64,000 nt of DNA from Schizochytrium sp. TIO01 (lineage: Eukaryota; Protista; Bigyra: Labyrinthulomycetes): assembly GCA_004764695.1 (NCBI GenBank), contig SMSO01000014.1, positions 1,359,648 to 1,423,647 of the forward strand. The letters are read 5' to 3'. The position numbers and the translations under genes were made by a program. The notes under the pieces were generated by a model, which made no database searches, was not told the DNA's origin, and saw nothing but the letters and a program-made list of their open reading frames with translations. Below are positions 19,744 to 32,900 of this stretch, piece after piece; positions within the stretch are counted from its first letter, which is position 1, and the number at the start of each line of letters is the position of its first letter.

Positions 19744-21483
19744 ATTGACAGATACCTAAATCAGTAAATCTATTTGGATGGAATCTAAGTGTCAATCAGC
19801 CCTGGCGGTTTTCCACAGCTGCAGCCTTGTCCACAACGCCACTTGTCGAACTAAGACAGGTCACCAGAACTGTGCCCAAACACAAGGTGGCTTTTCTTCA
19901 CCTATTATATCTTCGATATCCTCAGTGAAATTCAACTCTTCACGAAGTATTTGTCTTTGAACGTGGCGCTCTCGAGCAGACTTTGCGGTCGAGGAAGGCA
20001 AGCCTCGCTAGAGTATCCCGCAGATGACTTCTAGAGAGCTCGTCGCCAAAGTCGTCGCCAAGGGAGCAATCAGCGTGGCCGGCAGAGTCTCCTGCCGTCC
20101 TTTGTGTTGCCGTGGAGGCAACTGTGACTCCTTGGCACAACGTGCTTCCTCTACTTCCTCAAATTCGCCACCTCCGCGCCTTGGTTTCCCTCTCGCGCGC
20201 GAGGGCTACGAGGCGAGCGGGATGGCCTCTCGTGGATCAGGACTGCTGCCTTCGATGTTTTAAATATAATTTTTATTGTTCAAATTTTGAAAACAGAATC
20301 ATTCTCAATCATTTCAAACCCAGGAGCATAGGGCCTACACTAGGGTGCCCTACTGTATTTTAATCTTTCAAAGCTATTTGGTTTGTGTACTTTATTCCTC
20401 TCCTCTTCGTAGACGTTATACCCTTTGCCCATATTACTCTCACTACTACCTAGTACTAATACTCTACCTCAATACTTTTTTTTACATGAATGGCCTTTCA
20501 GGAGTCCTACTCCAGACACTAAGCCCCCCATAGAAGGTGCTTTTGTTTACTCAACTACTTATTTGGTAGTATGAAGGTAGGTAGACACTAGGTATTATTG
20601 CTATTATTTAGTAGTAGTAGTAGTAGTAATGCCTATTTATTCATGAAGTGATTCCTTCAAGAAAGGGCTCCCATGATAATGTTGCATGCGCTGCAGACTG
20701 CTAGTGCAGCAAACTTCCTGAGTAGGTGCTATTTCTGGTTGAAGAGCATCGCAAATTGGGTTTAGCAGAGGTTCCCCAGAACGTGCCAAAGCTGGGGTTG
20801 AGATGTAGCGTAAATTATGATGATATTACTGACTGTGGCGGTTTTGATAGCACAGATAATATGAGTCCCTGCTCCACCATACTTGTATCTTTCCCACATT
20901 CTAACTTATCGTTCTTTAATTACCGTTCCGTTCTAGTCTAGTTATGTGGCGTAAGTTAATAGGCCTCTTTGCAGAACCACTGGCCTCGCGCTCTCTCGTC
21001 CTTTCAAGGGATCAATAAAATCGTTGCAGGTCACCAGGCTAGCTATGAAGGCCCAAAAGCAGATGAACCTGAGCTTAAGCTGCCCATGTCCTTGCTAGCA
21101 TCACCTGGTTGACAGTCAGCCTCCAGCCCGCCGCAGCCGGCAGCCAATTCCTTCGTTGAATGTGTCATGTCTCCAGTTCCACCAATTAATTGTTTTGGGT
21201 AATAAATGAAGTTCTCTTCTTTTTGCTCCATAGTAATTGCCTATAATCTATAATAAGTCGCTGTAAAATTGTTCATTCATTTTCATATTCACTCGTTTTC
21301 ATCTTCAGTCATTCTCGCGTTGCGATTCGCTTGGTCTCTCGCGGTCGCTTCGAAGGCGAGGAGTAAAGTCTGATCGGGCGCGCTCGGTCTGGACATCTGT
21401 GTTGCTGCTTCCGGACGGCGTCTCTGCTTCGGCGGCGCTGCCTGGTCTTGGTTGGTCCCACTCGGTCTCTTGTTTGACTGAGG

Positions 21484-24400
21484 ATGGCCTCGCGACTCTT
21501 CGAGGCGTACCGCACCATTGGCGTGGTCTGCGATGAGGTGCCTTTTGCCTTCAACCGCCTTGGAAAGGAACGCTTCGCTACTGTCAGCGTTGGCAAGGGC
21601 TTCATGGTCTACGACCTTGACAAGCTTATTGTCAAGATGGTCTCCCCACCCATCCTCAACAAAGACATTTGCGCTCTAGCTGCGCGAGGTGAAACCACGT
21701 TTACGGCAACTGGTGACCAAGTTATCGAATGGGATCGCGCACGTGTGCGTAGAACTCTAATTGAGAGTGGCTGTGGCCTTGGAAATGTGGTGGAAATGAC
21801 AGTTTTTGGTCACGTTCTCGTCATCGCGACTGCACCAGGCAAGGGCCGCAAGTCTGGCAGGATTGTGGCGGTGGACTTGAGGTCTGGAAGAACTGTTCGC
21901 AAGATGGCACTTGGCACGAAGGGTGTGGAGCCCAAGAATTCAAACAAGTCGAGTTCTACCGACGAGGATGAGGATGAAGACCAGTCTGGGTCCAGTTCTG
22001 AATCAGAAGCACAGTCAGAGGAGGAGGTTGATGATGTGGACTTGGAGGATGACGAAGAGCTGGAGCCCATGACTCCGACTTGCCTCTTGCACCCGGACAC
22101 ATACTTGAACAAGATGCTCGTGGGCGGCTCTGACGGTAGCATGGAGTTGTGGAATATTCGCACAGGTCGCCGCGTGTACAAGTTCAAGAGCTTCGGCAGC
22201 CCTATTACATGCATGGCACAGAGTCCCGCTGTAGATGTTGTAGGTGTAGGCCTGCAAGACGGACGTGTGATCCTGCACAACCTTCGCGTAGATGAGACGC
22301 TTATGACATTCACACATCATGGTGGTGCAGTCACCTCATTAAGTTTCCGTACCCAAGGCGCCATCAAAAGTGGTCCTAAATTCCCAATGCTGGTGAGTGG
22401 CAATGCTAGTGGCGAAATCGCTATTTGGGACCTCGCTGAGAAGCGTCTTGCGTCCTCTGTACCCGAGGCTCACGATGGCTCCGTGGTTCGCACACAATTC
22501 TTGCCTGGTGAGCCGCTCTTGGTTACATCTGGCGTTGACAACTCCTTGAAAGTTTTCATTTTTGAGCAGGAGGACGGTCGTGCTCGTCTCCTCAAGTCCC
22601 GCCAAGGCCACAAGAGCCCGCCTTCCCGAATTCGCTACTACGGTGGTGATACCGTATCCACCCTTGCATCTGGAGCTGATGCTTCGTGCTGTCAGATTCT
22701 TTCTGCAGGCCGCGATCGTGCCTTCCGTGTCTTCCACACTGCTAGGGATCAGCTCAATCAAGAGCTTTCGCAGGGTCCACTTCTTAAGCGCGCTCGGACG
22801 TTGGACGTCAAGATTGAGGAACTGAAGTTACCTCCCATCGTAGACTTTGCTGCCACCGAGGCCCGCCAGCGTGATTGGTGCAACATCTTATCAGCTCATG
22901 CTGGCGAGGGTGCAGCTTTCACTTGGCAGCTTGAAAACCGTGTGATTGGCAAGAGTGTCCTGCGTCCTGATGGCGAAGCTGGCCAGATCTCCATCCGTAA
23001 GCTGGGTTCTGACAAGATGTCTCGTCGTGCAGAAAGCATCCCCCCCGCACTTTGTGTTGCCATCAGCTCGTGCGGAAATTACGGCCTTGTTGGCACTGCT
23101 GAAGGCCTCGTCTTCAAGTACAACATGCAGTCTGGTCTGCCTCGTGGCTCATACCCGAAACCCTCTGCCGCACACCTCAGCAAGAAGCAGCGTGAAGCTC
23201 GCAGAGCAAAGCGCCGTAAGCTTAACGCTTCGAGTGTCAGACTCTTTCCCGGTGTCGAGGAGGATGAGGAGGATGACAAGCCTGGTGAATTTGCGAAACT
23301 AGACATGCTTTTACGCAACCCTCAACGCCATGAAGGTGCTGTGCAAGGTGTCGCTGTAGATGCGATTAACAAGACAGTCATTAGTGCCGGCCTTGATGGA
23401 CAGATCAAGTTCTGGGACTTCGAAGAGCATGAACTCATTTCTGTTCTCAATATCGGAGCTCCCATTGCTCAGATGATAGCCCAACGTGACTCTGGTATGC
23501 TCGCAGTGGCTTGTGATGATATGCGTGTCCTTGTTATTGATACAACTATGCGTCGTGTCATCCGTACCTTTGCCGGCCACCAGTCCCGCATTACCGATCT
23601 TGCATTCAGTTCTGACGCCCGCTGGCTTGCCACCGCAAGCGCTGACACTAGTTTGCGTATTTTTGATCTCCCATCCGCTCGCTGCGTCGATTGGATGCAG
23701 TTCCCCAAACCTGTCACCGGCGTCACCTTCGCCCCGACTGGTGAATTTCTCGCCACCAGTTTTGCCGACAGTGTTGGTATCTCTCTTTGGGCCAACCGTG
23801 CGCACTTTGGCGCTGTAAAGGCAAACGCCATTGCTCGCCACCCTATTCGCATGCGGCTGCCCTCGCCTGGAGTGGGCAATTCAGGAGCCTTGGTCGACAC
23901 TAGTGAACCCGCAGTCACTGGCCATTCTGCCGGAGATAGTTCTGATGAGGAAGGTGACTACGGTTATGAAGAGCACGAAAGTGATGCAGAGGACGACGTT
24001 GAAGCTGTCCCAGCGGCATCGAATGCAGGCGAAATTGCTTTGTCCAGCGATGTTTCCTCCAAGTGGTATGCACTGGCCCATCTTGACATTATTAAAGCTC
24101 GCAACAAGCCCACACAGCCTGTGCAGAAACCAGAAAAGGCGCCCTTCTTTTTGCCCAGCACCCAGGCAGTAAACCCGGTCTTCAAGGCCGCCAAAGAACC
24201 TGAAAACGAAGACAACGCAGACGACGAAGATCTCCCGCCTATGACCTTGGCTGCAAGTGGTGATTGGGGCGACGATGATGATGAAGACAATGAGGCTAGC
24301 GAGAACGATGAAGAGGTTAAACAGGCTGAATCTGAGATGGAGGATGACGATGATGAGGGAGTGGAGCAAACAAACGTATTCTCCCGCATTATGCGTCACA

Positions 24401-24840
24401 ACAAGGGTCTCGCCAAACCACGCTCAACGCTTTTTAGCCTTTTGGAGGAGGCTAATGCCGTCCTTGAGGCTGGCAAGGCCAAGGACGGCGCCTCCGTGTA
24501 CAACAAGGTTGTGAAACACTTGACTGACCTCTCTGCCTCTGCAGTTGACTTTGAGCTCCAGTCTGCCACTTTGGGTCCTGAGGATGATGACGGCGGTCAC
24601 TTGTTGCGCCTTCTCATGGATTGGCTCTTATTTGAGCTTCGCAACAAGACAAACTTCGAGATGGTTCAAGCCCTGCTCAACCGACTCACAAACGTACACA
24701 CCGACTCTTTGGTCGTTAGACCAGAATTGCAATCCCGCCTTGAATTGCTTCGTGACGAGCAGGCGGAATGTTGGAAAGCACTCAAAGGGCTCGTTCAACA
24801 TAACTTGTGTTTGCTTTCCTTATTTGCTCACCAGATCTAA
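21484..24840 (+). CDS. UTP21: U3 snoRNP / SSU processome WD40 protein Utp21 (WDR36)
   Basis: N-terminal SRLFEAYRTIG, LLHPDTYLNKML, many WD40 repeats, LDIIKARNKP..P..KPEKAPFFLPS and a C-terminal Utp21 helical domain (LSASAVDFEL; NFEMVQALL). Confidence 0.94.
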   Translation: MASRLFEAYRTIGVVCDEVPFAFNRLGKERFATVSVGKGFMVYDLDKLIVKMVSPPILNKDICALAARGETTFTATGDQVIEWDRARVRRTLIESGCGLGNVVEMTVFGHVLVIATAPGKGRKSGRIVAVDLRSGRTVRKMALGTKGVEPKNSNKSSSTDEDEDEDQSGSSSESEAQSEEEVDDVDLEDDEELEPMTPTCLLHPDTYLNKMLVGGSDGSMELWNIRTGRRVYKFKSFGSPITCMAQSPAVDVVGVGLQDGRVILHNLRVDETLMTFTHHGGAVTSLSFRTQGAIKSGPKFPMLVSGNASGEIAIWDLAEKRLASSVPEAHDGSVVRTQFLPGEPLLVTSGVDNSLKVFIFEQEDGRARLLKSRQGHKSPPSRIRYYGGDTVSTLASGADASCCQILSAGRDRAFRVFHTARDQLNQELSQGPLLKRARTLDVKIEELKLPPIVDFAATEARQRDWCNILSAHAGEGAAFTWQLENRVIGKSVLRPDGEAGQISIRKLGSDKMSRRAESIPPALCVAISSCGNYGLVGTAEGLVFKYNMQSGLPRGSYPKPSAAHLSKKQREARRAKRRKLNASSVRLFPGVEEDEEDDKPGEFAKLDMLLRNPQRHEGAVQGVAVDAINKTVISAGLDGQIKFWDFEEHELISVLNIGAPIAQMIAQRDSGMLAVACDDMRVLVIDTTMRRVIRTFAGHQSRITDLAFSSDARWLATASADTSLRIFDLPSARCVDWMQFPKPVTGVTFAPTGEFLATSFADSVGISLWANRAHFGAVKANAIARHPIRMRLPSPGVGNSGALVDTSEPAVTGHSAGDSSDEEGDYGYEEHESDAEDDVEAVPAASNAGEIALSSDVSSKWYALAHLDIIKARNKPTQPVQKPEKAPFFLPSTQAVNPVFKAAKEPENEDNADDEDLPPMTLAASGDWGDDDDEDNEASENDEEVKQAESEMEDDDDEGVEQTNVFSRIMRHNKGLAKPRSTLFSLLEEANAVLEAGKAKDGASVYNKVVKHLTDLSASAVDFELQSATLGPEDDDGGHLLRLLMDWLLFELRNKTNFEMVQALLNRLTNVHTDSLVVRPELQSRLELLRDEQAECWKALKGLVQHNLCLLSLFAHQI

Positions 24841-25569
24841 ACTAAACGTAAAAAGATATTGAAGAGAGAAAAACTGTGTATCAAATTTTTGTAGAATGAA
24901 TTGCTGCCAAGGAAAGGAGTTCATAGTTGAGGGGTGGAGAGAACAAAATATAGAAAATCATAACATCAAAAAGTTTTCATGTTCACTTGAGTTTGCCAGG
25001 ACATTGTGGTTTCTCCATATGGTAAGAAGTTACCACACGCAAGCAACGTGCTTGTGCTCTACGGAGATCAAAGGATTGTGGCTTCTAATGGGTTTCGCCG
25101 CCTAAATGTCCGCTGGCATTGTATAAAGGTAGCAAGGGTTCCAATACGCATGCTAACGATAGAGAAAGTAGATAATGAATTATTTGCACTCCTCACTACG
25201 CGGTAGTAACGACGCTTTCAAGTTGTTACCTTGATGTTTCAATACAGTAGAGGAAGGAGCAATGTGAAAAATGCACGATGCTGCTGACGAATCTCATGTT
25301 GATGTATATATATATATATATCGTACGCAGTTCATTTCTTGTAGCTCATTGAAGATTTCCTTTAAACGGTCAGCAACTTGCAGATCAGGCTATACAACTG
25401 AGCCAAACCATTTTAAAGTCAAAGAAGCAAGGCCGGCGTTATGCATACGTATGACTGATGCTCATGATCTCGATTTCGATTTCTATTTCGATTTCGATGT
25501 TGATATTCTATCACTAATCAAGCCTTGAATAGGAAAGAAGAAGAAAAGGTTCAGCAAGTGATGATCGCA

Positions 25570-27342
25570 TTAGTTGTACTGCTGATACAGTCTGAGCAAG
25601 CGAGATTTTACCTCCTCTGCCTTTTGCAAACGCGCTTCCTTTGCAAGCCGTTCCTCACGCTCCGCATCAGTTTCAGCATGGGGGTCAACTGAATCTCTAG
25701 CAGCCGCTGCCTGCTCCACAACATCGTCGACTACGAGCGAATTAATACTTCCATCATCGTCATCATCCAGTTCTGTAGTGTTTGCACCAGCCATAGCCTC
25801 GTTTACAATAGCGCGAAGATCAGCCTCAGACTTACTGTCTGATGCGGCAAGGGCGGCTTCTGCGCGTTGAATGCGAGCAATATCTGCTGCGTGCTGTGAT
25901 TTAAGAAACGAAACACGTTTGATGAGGGCTTCCTTTTTGCTCTTACGACGTTTGCGCAAAGCTGCAACGTCGATTTTGGGTTCCATGTTACCATCATCTT
26001 CTCCATCAATTTCGTCATGAGCATTTTCAGAAACAATCGATTTCCTTTCTGCGATGGCATTTGCAGCTGCTGGTGTAAGCGACGGCTGAGAAGCGACTGC
26101 CGACCCGCGGCTGGTACTCCTACGTGACGGTGCTTCCGGCGCAGGCGCAGGCGCAGGCGCAGGAGTTGAAGTAGACATAGTAGACTGCTTGCGATTCGAA
26201 GTAGCTGACCCAGTCGACTTTCTGTCACCAGGCTTTGCACTAGTTTTTGAAAGAAGACTGCGGAAACTTCGACGAGTGCCCATCGTCAAAGACTTTACAA
26301 GACTAATCTCTGATTCGCCAGAGCTTCCGGAGCTAAACGACATCTGCTTTGATCGACGAACTGACCATCGGTGATCTTTAGCCTCCTCCCTACCAGCTGT
26401 GCTAGGTCCATCAAGAAATTCCGTACGAAACCACCGAATTCGTTCAATGGAATCAAGAACCATTTCTTGAAGTACAGTGAAGTCTCCCCCACGCTGCCTG
26501 GCCACCTCAGGTGCCACAAAAGGGTGTTTGAGTAGGGCAGCAGCAGTAGGACGCTTTTCAGGATCGCGTGTTAAGCACTTGGCTACAAAAGAGTTCATAT
26601 CATCAGACCATGCACCAGGATCAGTTAATGTAGGCGGGTCGGCATTTGGCACAATGGTTAACAAGTCAAAGAGCGGAAGATCAGCGTAGGGAGGCTCCAT
26701 CTCAGCAAGCTCAATTGCGGTGATTCCTAAGGACCAAATATCCGCTCGTCCGTCGTACTCGGCAGGCTCCTCGATTACCTCAGGGGCCATCCAGTGGGGC
26801 GAGCCAATGGCTGTCACACGTTTTGTTTGATTGCTCTCAAGGATAGCAGACACACCCAAGTCAGCAAGTTTCACACGGCCCTCTGATGTGATCAGAATGT
26901 TTTTTGCCTTCACATCACGATGAATGATGCCAAGTTTGTGAAGATAAGCCAGTCCCATCAGCGCACTGGCGCATACACCACGAATTTCATCCTCGCTGAG
27001 CGGCTTGAGACTGATTTGCACAAGGTCTTGCAAAGATCCTACATCGGCGTATTCCATAACAATCCAGATTGCATCATCCTTCTTGTAACTTCCGTAATAA
27101 CGGATAACGTAATCGCTGTTGCACTTGCTCAGTGCACCAATCTCCGTCTCGAGCTCTTCGATAAGTTCATCCTCCATGGCAATGATCTTGATGGCCATGG
27201 TTTGGCCGGTCTTTTTGTTCTCTCCAAGCCATACTTCGCCCGAAGCTCCAGCATCAAGACGATGGAGTAGCCTGTAAATATCCTCAGGATTTGTCTCGCT
27301 CCAATTAGCAGCCTCTAGCTGCGTTGAGGAGATTTGGCCCAT
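25570..27342 (-). CDS. STE20-family (GCK/MST-like) Ser/Thr protein kinase
   Basis: AIKII, YYGSY..IWIVMEY, IIHRDVKAKNIL, VKLADLG, IGSPHWMAPEVI, ADIWSLGITAIELAE. Start placed at the first ATG (27342), not the GTG of the ORF track. Confidence 0.92.
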   Translation of the reverse strand: MGQISSTQLEAANWSETNPEDIYRLLHRLDAGASGEVWLGENKKTGQTMAIKIIAMEDELIEELETEIGALSKCNSDYVIRYYGSYKKDDAIWIVMEYADVGSLQDLVQISLKPLSEDEIRGVCASALMGLAYLHKLGIIHRDVKAKNILITSEGRVKLADLGVSAILESNQTKRVTAIGSPHWMAPEVIEEPAEYDGRADIWSLGITAIELAEMEPPYADLPLFDLLTIVPNADPPTLTDPGAWSDDMNSFVAKCLTRDPEKRPTAAALLKHPFVAPEVARQRGGDFTVLQEMVLDSIERIRWFRTEFLDGPSTAGREEAKDHRWSVRRSKQMSFSSGSSGESEISLVKSLTMGTRRSFRSLLSKTSAKPGDRKSTGSATSNRKQSTMSTSTPAPAPAPAPEAPSRRSTSRGSAVASQPSLTPAAANAIAERKSIVSENAHDEIDGEDDGNMEPKIDVAALRKRRKSKKEALIKRVSFLKSQHAADIARIQRAEAALAASDSKSEADLRAIVNEAMAGANTTELDDDDDGSINSLVVDDVVEQAAAARDSVDPHAETDAEREERLAKEARLQKAEEVKSRLLRLYQQYN

Positions 27343-29944
27343 GATCTCACGCACGGATGTATCGAGGTACCCAAGTAAAGCCGAGGCTCCACGTAGCGCC
27401 TTGCGCCGCCAATTCTCTTGATGTGATATCTCAGATCTCCGGTCACTCTGGACCTCTTCAATTTCTTCCCCTCGGTCCTCTTCTGCTTCAGAGGTCCTCC
27501 CCCAACTCTTGAACCGCGTCAGCTTTGTCGTTTTTCTTGAGCTCTTTAGAGCCCTTCGTTATCACGCTGCAAGAGTTTTGGTATTATTTCCTCGATGACA
27601 CTCGGGTTGCAGTCTCTGCGAGCTCCTAGTTCTGCTTTTGCCTTTCTCCTTGCTTCTCTGAATTGGTCTTCGCTTCGCTGGTGGAGCTCGTGAGAGGGTC
27701 GTGAGAGGGTGTTTTTTCAAGACCTAGCTTTTGAAGGAGACTTGCCTTTCAAAGGTGAGCACTATAATGACTTGGAACGAAGAAAACCAAGTAAAAAGCA
27801 CCCTGCAACCAAGAAGAAAGCCGAGGCACTTCCCTCGCACGGGAATTGCAAGCGCTGTCCTCTAAGGTCCTAGCGCCTCACTCTTGCGTCTAAGACGCCC
27901 CTGATGAGGTCCAAACTCAAGGTTTGCCGCCTCAAAAAGGACTTTCCTCCGGCGCGTGCACGTGCTCAAAATATATTGTACTAGTAATCTCGGGCGCACT
28001 ACAAGCCGTGTGCGCGCGTGATTAATTGATCTATTTTCGCTCTCTCGCTGATTCGGCGTGAAGGCCGGGAACGAAGGAAACTCGCAGCAGCCCTTCTTTG
28101 GGGTTCCTGGAGCTGCCCGAGGGTACCTGATTGCCAGTACCCTGTTCGCGCGCTTACAGCTGCGAATCTATTTGTGAAGGTAAGTACTTCGCACGTCGAG
28201 GAAGGGAGATGGAGCAAGATGATGACTTTGGACGCTGTACTGCTGCTGCGCTGCTCTTTTGTATACAACCCAAGATGGTACACCATAGCAGCTTGTATTA
28301 CTACTTAATCGAGGCCCAAAGTGCATCGGCACGCGCGCTTATCTCGTAGATGCGTTCACATGTCTGTTCCGTTCTACACATATTGCAAACACATTGTAGA
28401 ACGTTCTTTATTCGTTCTTTCCCTGAGGTGTGTTCTTCTCGTCTTGCGCACTATGTGACCATGCAACTTACAGTCGCTAGGAGTTATCTAGTGAGAGATA
28501 ATGCAACATCTGTGAGGTGTACCGTGAGATCGGCCTTAGCCAGCGAAGAACGGGTGAGATCCAGACTAAGGACGCGGTGTCCTCTTCAAGACGACTAGAG
28601 CCCTGCACGCCATTTATTGTGACAGTTGCAGCCAGGTTCGAGTGGCTCAAGTAAGCAAGTAAGTAGAGAACCATGTGCGCCCAAAACCCGGAAGCATTTC
28701 GACCCTCCCATTGTGCATTTCCATAGGACCCAGTGTACTTCTACGAGTAACACATAGCACGGGATAGGACCTCCCATAGTGTACATGGCGGTTGAGAGCC
28801 CAATAAATGCTAATTGATGACCATCTCAGGCTTGCTTTATCATTTGTTGTTGGATTATTTGGCGTAGTCTGATTGGATGTTGTGCGAGCTGCTGATGATC
28901 GGTGCTCCAAGCCAAAACCTTCCTCCTTTAGTTGCATCCATGACCCCCTACGTATAAATGGTTCGTTTGCAGCGTTGGAAAGCGTGCATGTATATTTTTT
29001 GATTCAATTTTGATATTTTCATTCAGAGCGGGGCCTCTTTCAGTTTCACATAACTAGCGTTATTAAATATTCGGTTTCAGTCGCTCTCGTTATGTTTCTT
29101 TATTTATCGCTGCGTATATTTTCAATTTCTGACTACTACTACTAGCAGTTGTTTCCATTCTGTCCTGCGCAGCGCACGTCGTGGCAGACCTCGAGGTGCT
29201 CGAGTGCCTGGATTTGATTAAATCCGCACACTTCGACGACGGGGTGCTGGCTCGTTCGAATACTCTAGGTCAGGGAAACGTGGATTAACTTCAGGATTTT
29301 GGGTTTCGAACGAACCCAGATCGTTGTCGTGTCTTTGAACGTGGACCGTCTCGCTGCGGAGGCTTTGCGTCAAAGTGCTTCTGATCTACCTCCGTCGACG
29401 ATCCACGCAGACTCCGCTCTTTTCTCTCGCTCGGCAGCCGCAAACGCCGGCGCCGAGCGAGGGCCTTCACGTAGCGCCGAGGATGCGCTGGTTGGCCTTA
29501 TTTAAAATCAAAAGTACAAACAGGAGAAGAAACTATCTCGCAGAGGCAACTAGAGACCGGGACCAGATTAACTATCAACTTCAGAAGTAAGGATAATAAG
29601 CATCATCAATAGCATCGCCGTTTCTATTTGCGAGGCTTTAAAAAGCAAACCAACAGGAAATCGTGGAGGACTTTGGAAAATCGCTAATTTCGTAACTTGG
29701 AGATACCCTCAAGATTGGTGTGTTTACCTGGCGTGGTGCTAATATTTTTTAAGACTGTATCAATCAAACTTGCAGATCTGATTGATCAGGCTCCGTGGGG
29801 TTGCATTTTGTTAAAATCTTGCGGCTAGTCACGTTGTTGGAGCGACCAGTATCGCGTCGTGTTCAGAAGGTTCTTATTTACAAGTGTCATTAACTTGGTG
29901 TTGCCTTTAGCGGACTAGCCTAAAGCACTTGCAAATCGTAAAAC

Positions 29945-32900
29945 ATGGATAGGTATCAGGAACGACGAGTGATAGGGCGTGGGAATTATGGCACAGCACG
30001 ACTTGTTCGTGATCGACAGACTGGCGCTAAGCTAGTGGTGAAAAAGATCCCGCTGAGCTCCCTTTCAGAAAAGGAAAGACGGGATGCAGAGAGTGAGTGC
30101 AAGCTTTTAGCCACACTTCACCATCCAAATATTGTGGAATACATCGAGAGCTTCTTGGAGGAGGAATCGTTGCATTTGGTTACACAATACTGTGAACAAG
30201 GTGACCTCGCAAAACTTATCAAACATTATAAAAAGCGCGGGAAATTCTTTCCAGAAAAGCAAATTGTGGACTGGTTTATTCAGATTGCCATGGCTGTGGA
30301 TTATATTCACAGCCTGAACGTGATGCATCGTGATCTGAAAACAGGAAATGTCTTTTTAACCAAAACCAACGTCATTAAATTGGGCGACTTCGGAATCGCA
30401 AAGGTTCTTGACTCTACGCTGGAACAAGCTAACACTGTGGTTGGAACACCCTATTACATGTCCCCAGAAGTCTGTGAAAATAAGCAATACGACAAAAAAT
30501 CAGATCTTTGGGCCATGGGTTGCATTTTGTATGAATTGTGTACGCTAAATCACGCATTTGATGCGTCCAACCTTCTTGGTCTTGTCTTTAAGATCGTCCA
30601 GGAAAGTTACCCACCTATTCCTGATGTATATAGTCCTGAGCTCCGCGAGCTTGTCGGCCAGCTTTTGAGTAAAGACCCGAGCCGGCGCCCATCGTGTAGG
30701 CGTATCTTTCGCATGCCGTTTATTAGAAAACGGCTGGAGGAGCTCGCCACCTCAGCGTCCTTAGGAGATGCGCCAGCGTCAACTACTGAATTGAAGCACC
30801 CGGCATCTGCGCCTTCACTAATTGAATCCAATGAGAACCATGTATATTCTTCACCAGCCCCTGTCTCAGGGGAGGAGGATATCGAATCATCTATGGCAGC
30901 GCTAAATATTGGAGAATCGAATCATGTGTCCACGAATGAATTGCCCCCTGCAGCTGCTTCTTCGGTTGCTCGCAAGACCAGACGTGCTCACAAGACCTCC
31001 TCAACATCATCTTCATCATCCCTACCCATGCCATCATCTAACTCTCGCCAACCGCTTTCTGGTGCGCCGCCCCCTCCGCTCCCTCCTCCATTACAAAAAG
31101 GGCCACCACTTTATCAGCAGCAGAAGCAGAAACAGGGAACTGCTGAGGATGAATATTTAAAGAAAACAATGCGTAGAACTACCTCTTTACGCCGCCAAAA
31201 TAGCGATGTCCAGAACAGACACCCTCCAAGAAGTAGTCGTGTGCGAGAACGAAGTGAAGATTTTGACTCACTTCACCCACGTGAGAGTAATAGCTCAATG
31301 ACCCCGTCGCGACGAACTATGAGCATGCAAACTATGAAAACCCCCAGTCGTCTTGAAAAAGATGATGCGGTAAAGGCTACATCAAGGGCTACATCTCCCT
31401 CCTTAGGGGGTACAATTCTTATGCCTCCTGCTATGCTTACTTTATCTTCAGTGGCGGCAAATCTCACTGTGGAAACTCAGATGCACGGCCTATCACCAGC
31501 CGAGCTATCTGACGGCTCGGCAATGACACCGCTTGACTTGGCTAAAGAACGCAAACTGGCAGCATTAAAGAAACGCGAGGAGGAGTTGCGGGCGGCTACA
31601 CTAAGCAACATTGAATCTCGCCGCGCGGCAAAGCGACGCTCCCAGGAGTTTTTCATGCCGAGTGCTGAGAATTATTTGGCCGGAGATTATGCAGATACTC
31701 CCCCCACAGCTTCATCTCGAACTGAAGGAGTCCGTTATAACAAGGATCATGCTACAGCTCCTGGGGCGAACGGTCTGGCTCTATCATCAAATTCGACTTT
31801 TACTCAGCCAGTTAACCAAGGTAGCAAGGAGTACGAACAATATGCTGGCGGTGAAGACGAAGAGGCATCGCCCTCGTTGACAGCAAAACGTTTGTCTGAT
31901 ACTCGTGAAGCTGAAACGTTTGCCTTTGCAGCCCCTGCAGCAGGCGTCGAAAAGGAATCAAAGACCCCAGATTTATATAGCTCCTCTGAGTATGATAATT
32001 TACCGCAGCAATCTGTTCCCACGGCACTAGGAATGAGAAAAGCTAGCCTTCCTGGCCGTCTAACTACAAAAGAAGCTCTTTTTCGAGAGTGGGATTCAAC
32101 TTTGGCAACAGACCAGATTCACGAGTATATACACAGTGAGAACCCTCATATGGAGAAATCCCATAGTATGCATGTGCCTCGAAGCCAATCTCGCTCGACT
32201 CGTCCAGCTACTGGCGCTGCTGGCTCCCGTCATTCATACTCCAATTCTCCCGGACCATCTCGACGAGTAGCAACAACTGCTACGTCTGCAAGACAGCGTC
32301 GCACGTTTCAGCATGTCAACCATCACCACTACATGCGGCCCCGAACCGGTTCAAATAGCAGTGGCGGCAGTGATGTAGATAATAGTCGTCGTCGCTCACT
32401 ACCTCATAATCGACTCGAGGCTTATGAAGAAGATCAAGAAGAAGAAATCGTTGTACCATATGACATGGATGAGCGCCCTATTAAGGCGAGTGGTCGCTAT
32501 GACGTAGAAGAGTGGGCTGCTGCTCAGCAGCACTATCAACAGAAGCAGCGGCGCGAAGGGTGCCGACCTCAAGTTTCCTCAAACGAAAGTGAGAAACTCT
32601 TGCAACCATCCTCGGCCAGTATTGTGTCTGTTGAAGATGAATGCAGTGACTTTGATTCAGATGAAAGTGAAGAGCTTCTAGCAGTGCATGAATCTCATCT
32701 TGTTGAACCAAGTCCTCTCATTCATGACAAATTTGATGAGAAGGACGCACGGTTGGTGCTTGCCGAGTGCAAAAAGCATGTTCACCATCGTGGAGATGCC
32801 TGGGCTGCGCCCTCTTCGCAGAATGGAAAACAGTTTTCCAGGCGAACCAGCCAAGGCAGCGTGATGTCATCTTCTGGTTCAGTCTCTACGGACAAACGCA

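Noticed and set aside
27886-27960. Hammerhead-ribozyme-like CTGATGAG after a GCGTC/GACGC hairpin
   Set aside because: The putative stem II is followed by TTTC rather than the required GAAA, and there is no stem III.
28477-28937. Short overlapping minus-strand ORFs between the two kinases
   Set aside because: No recognisable motif or coherent frame.
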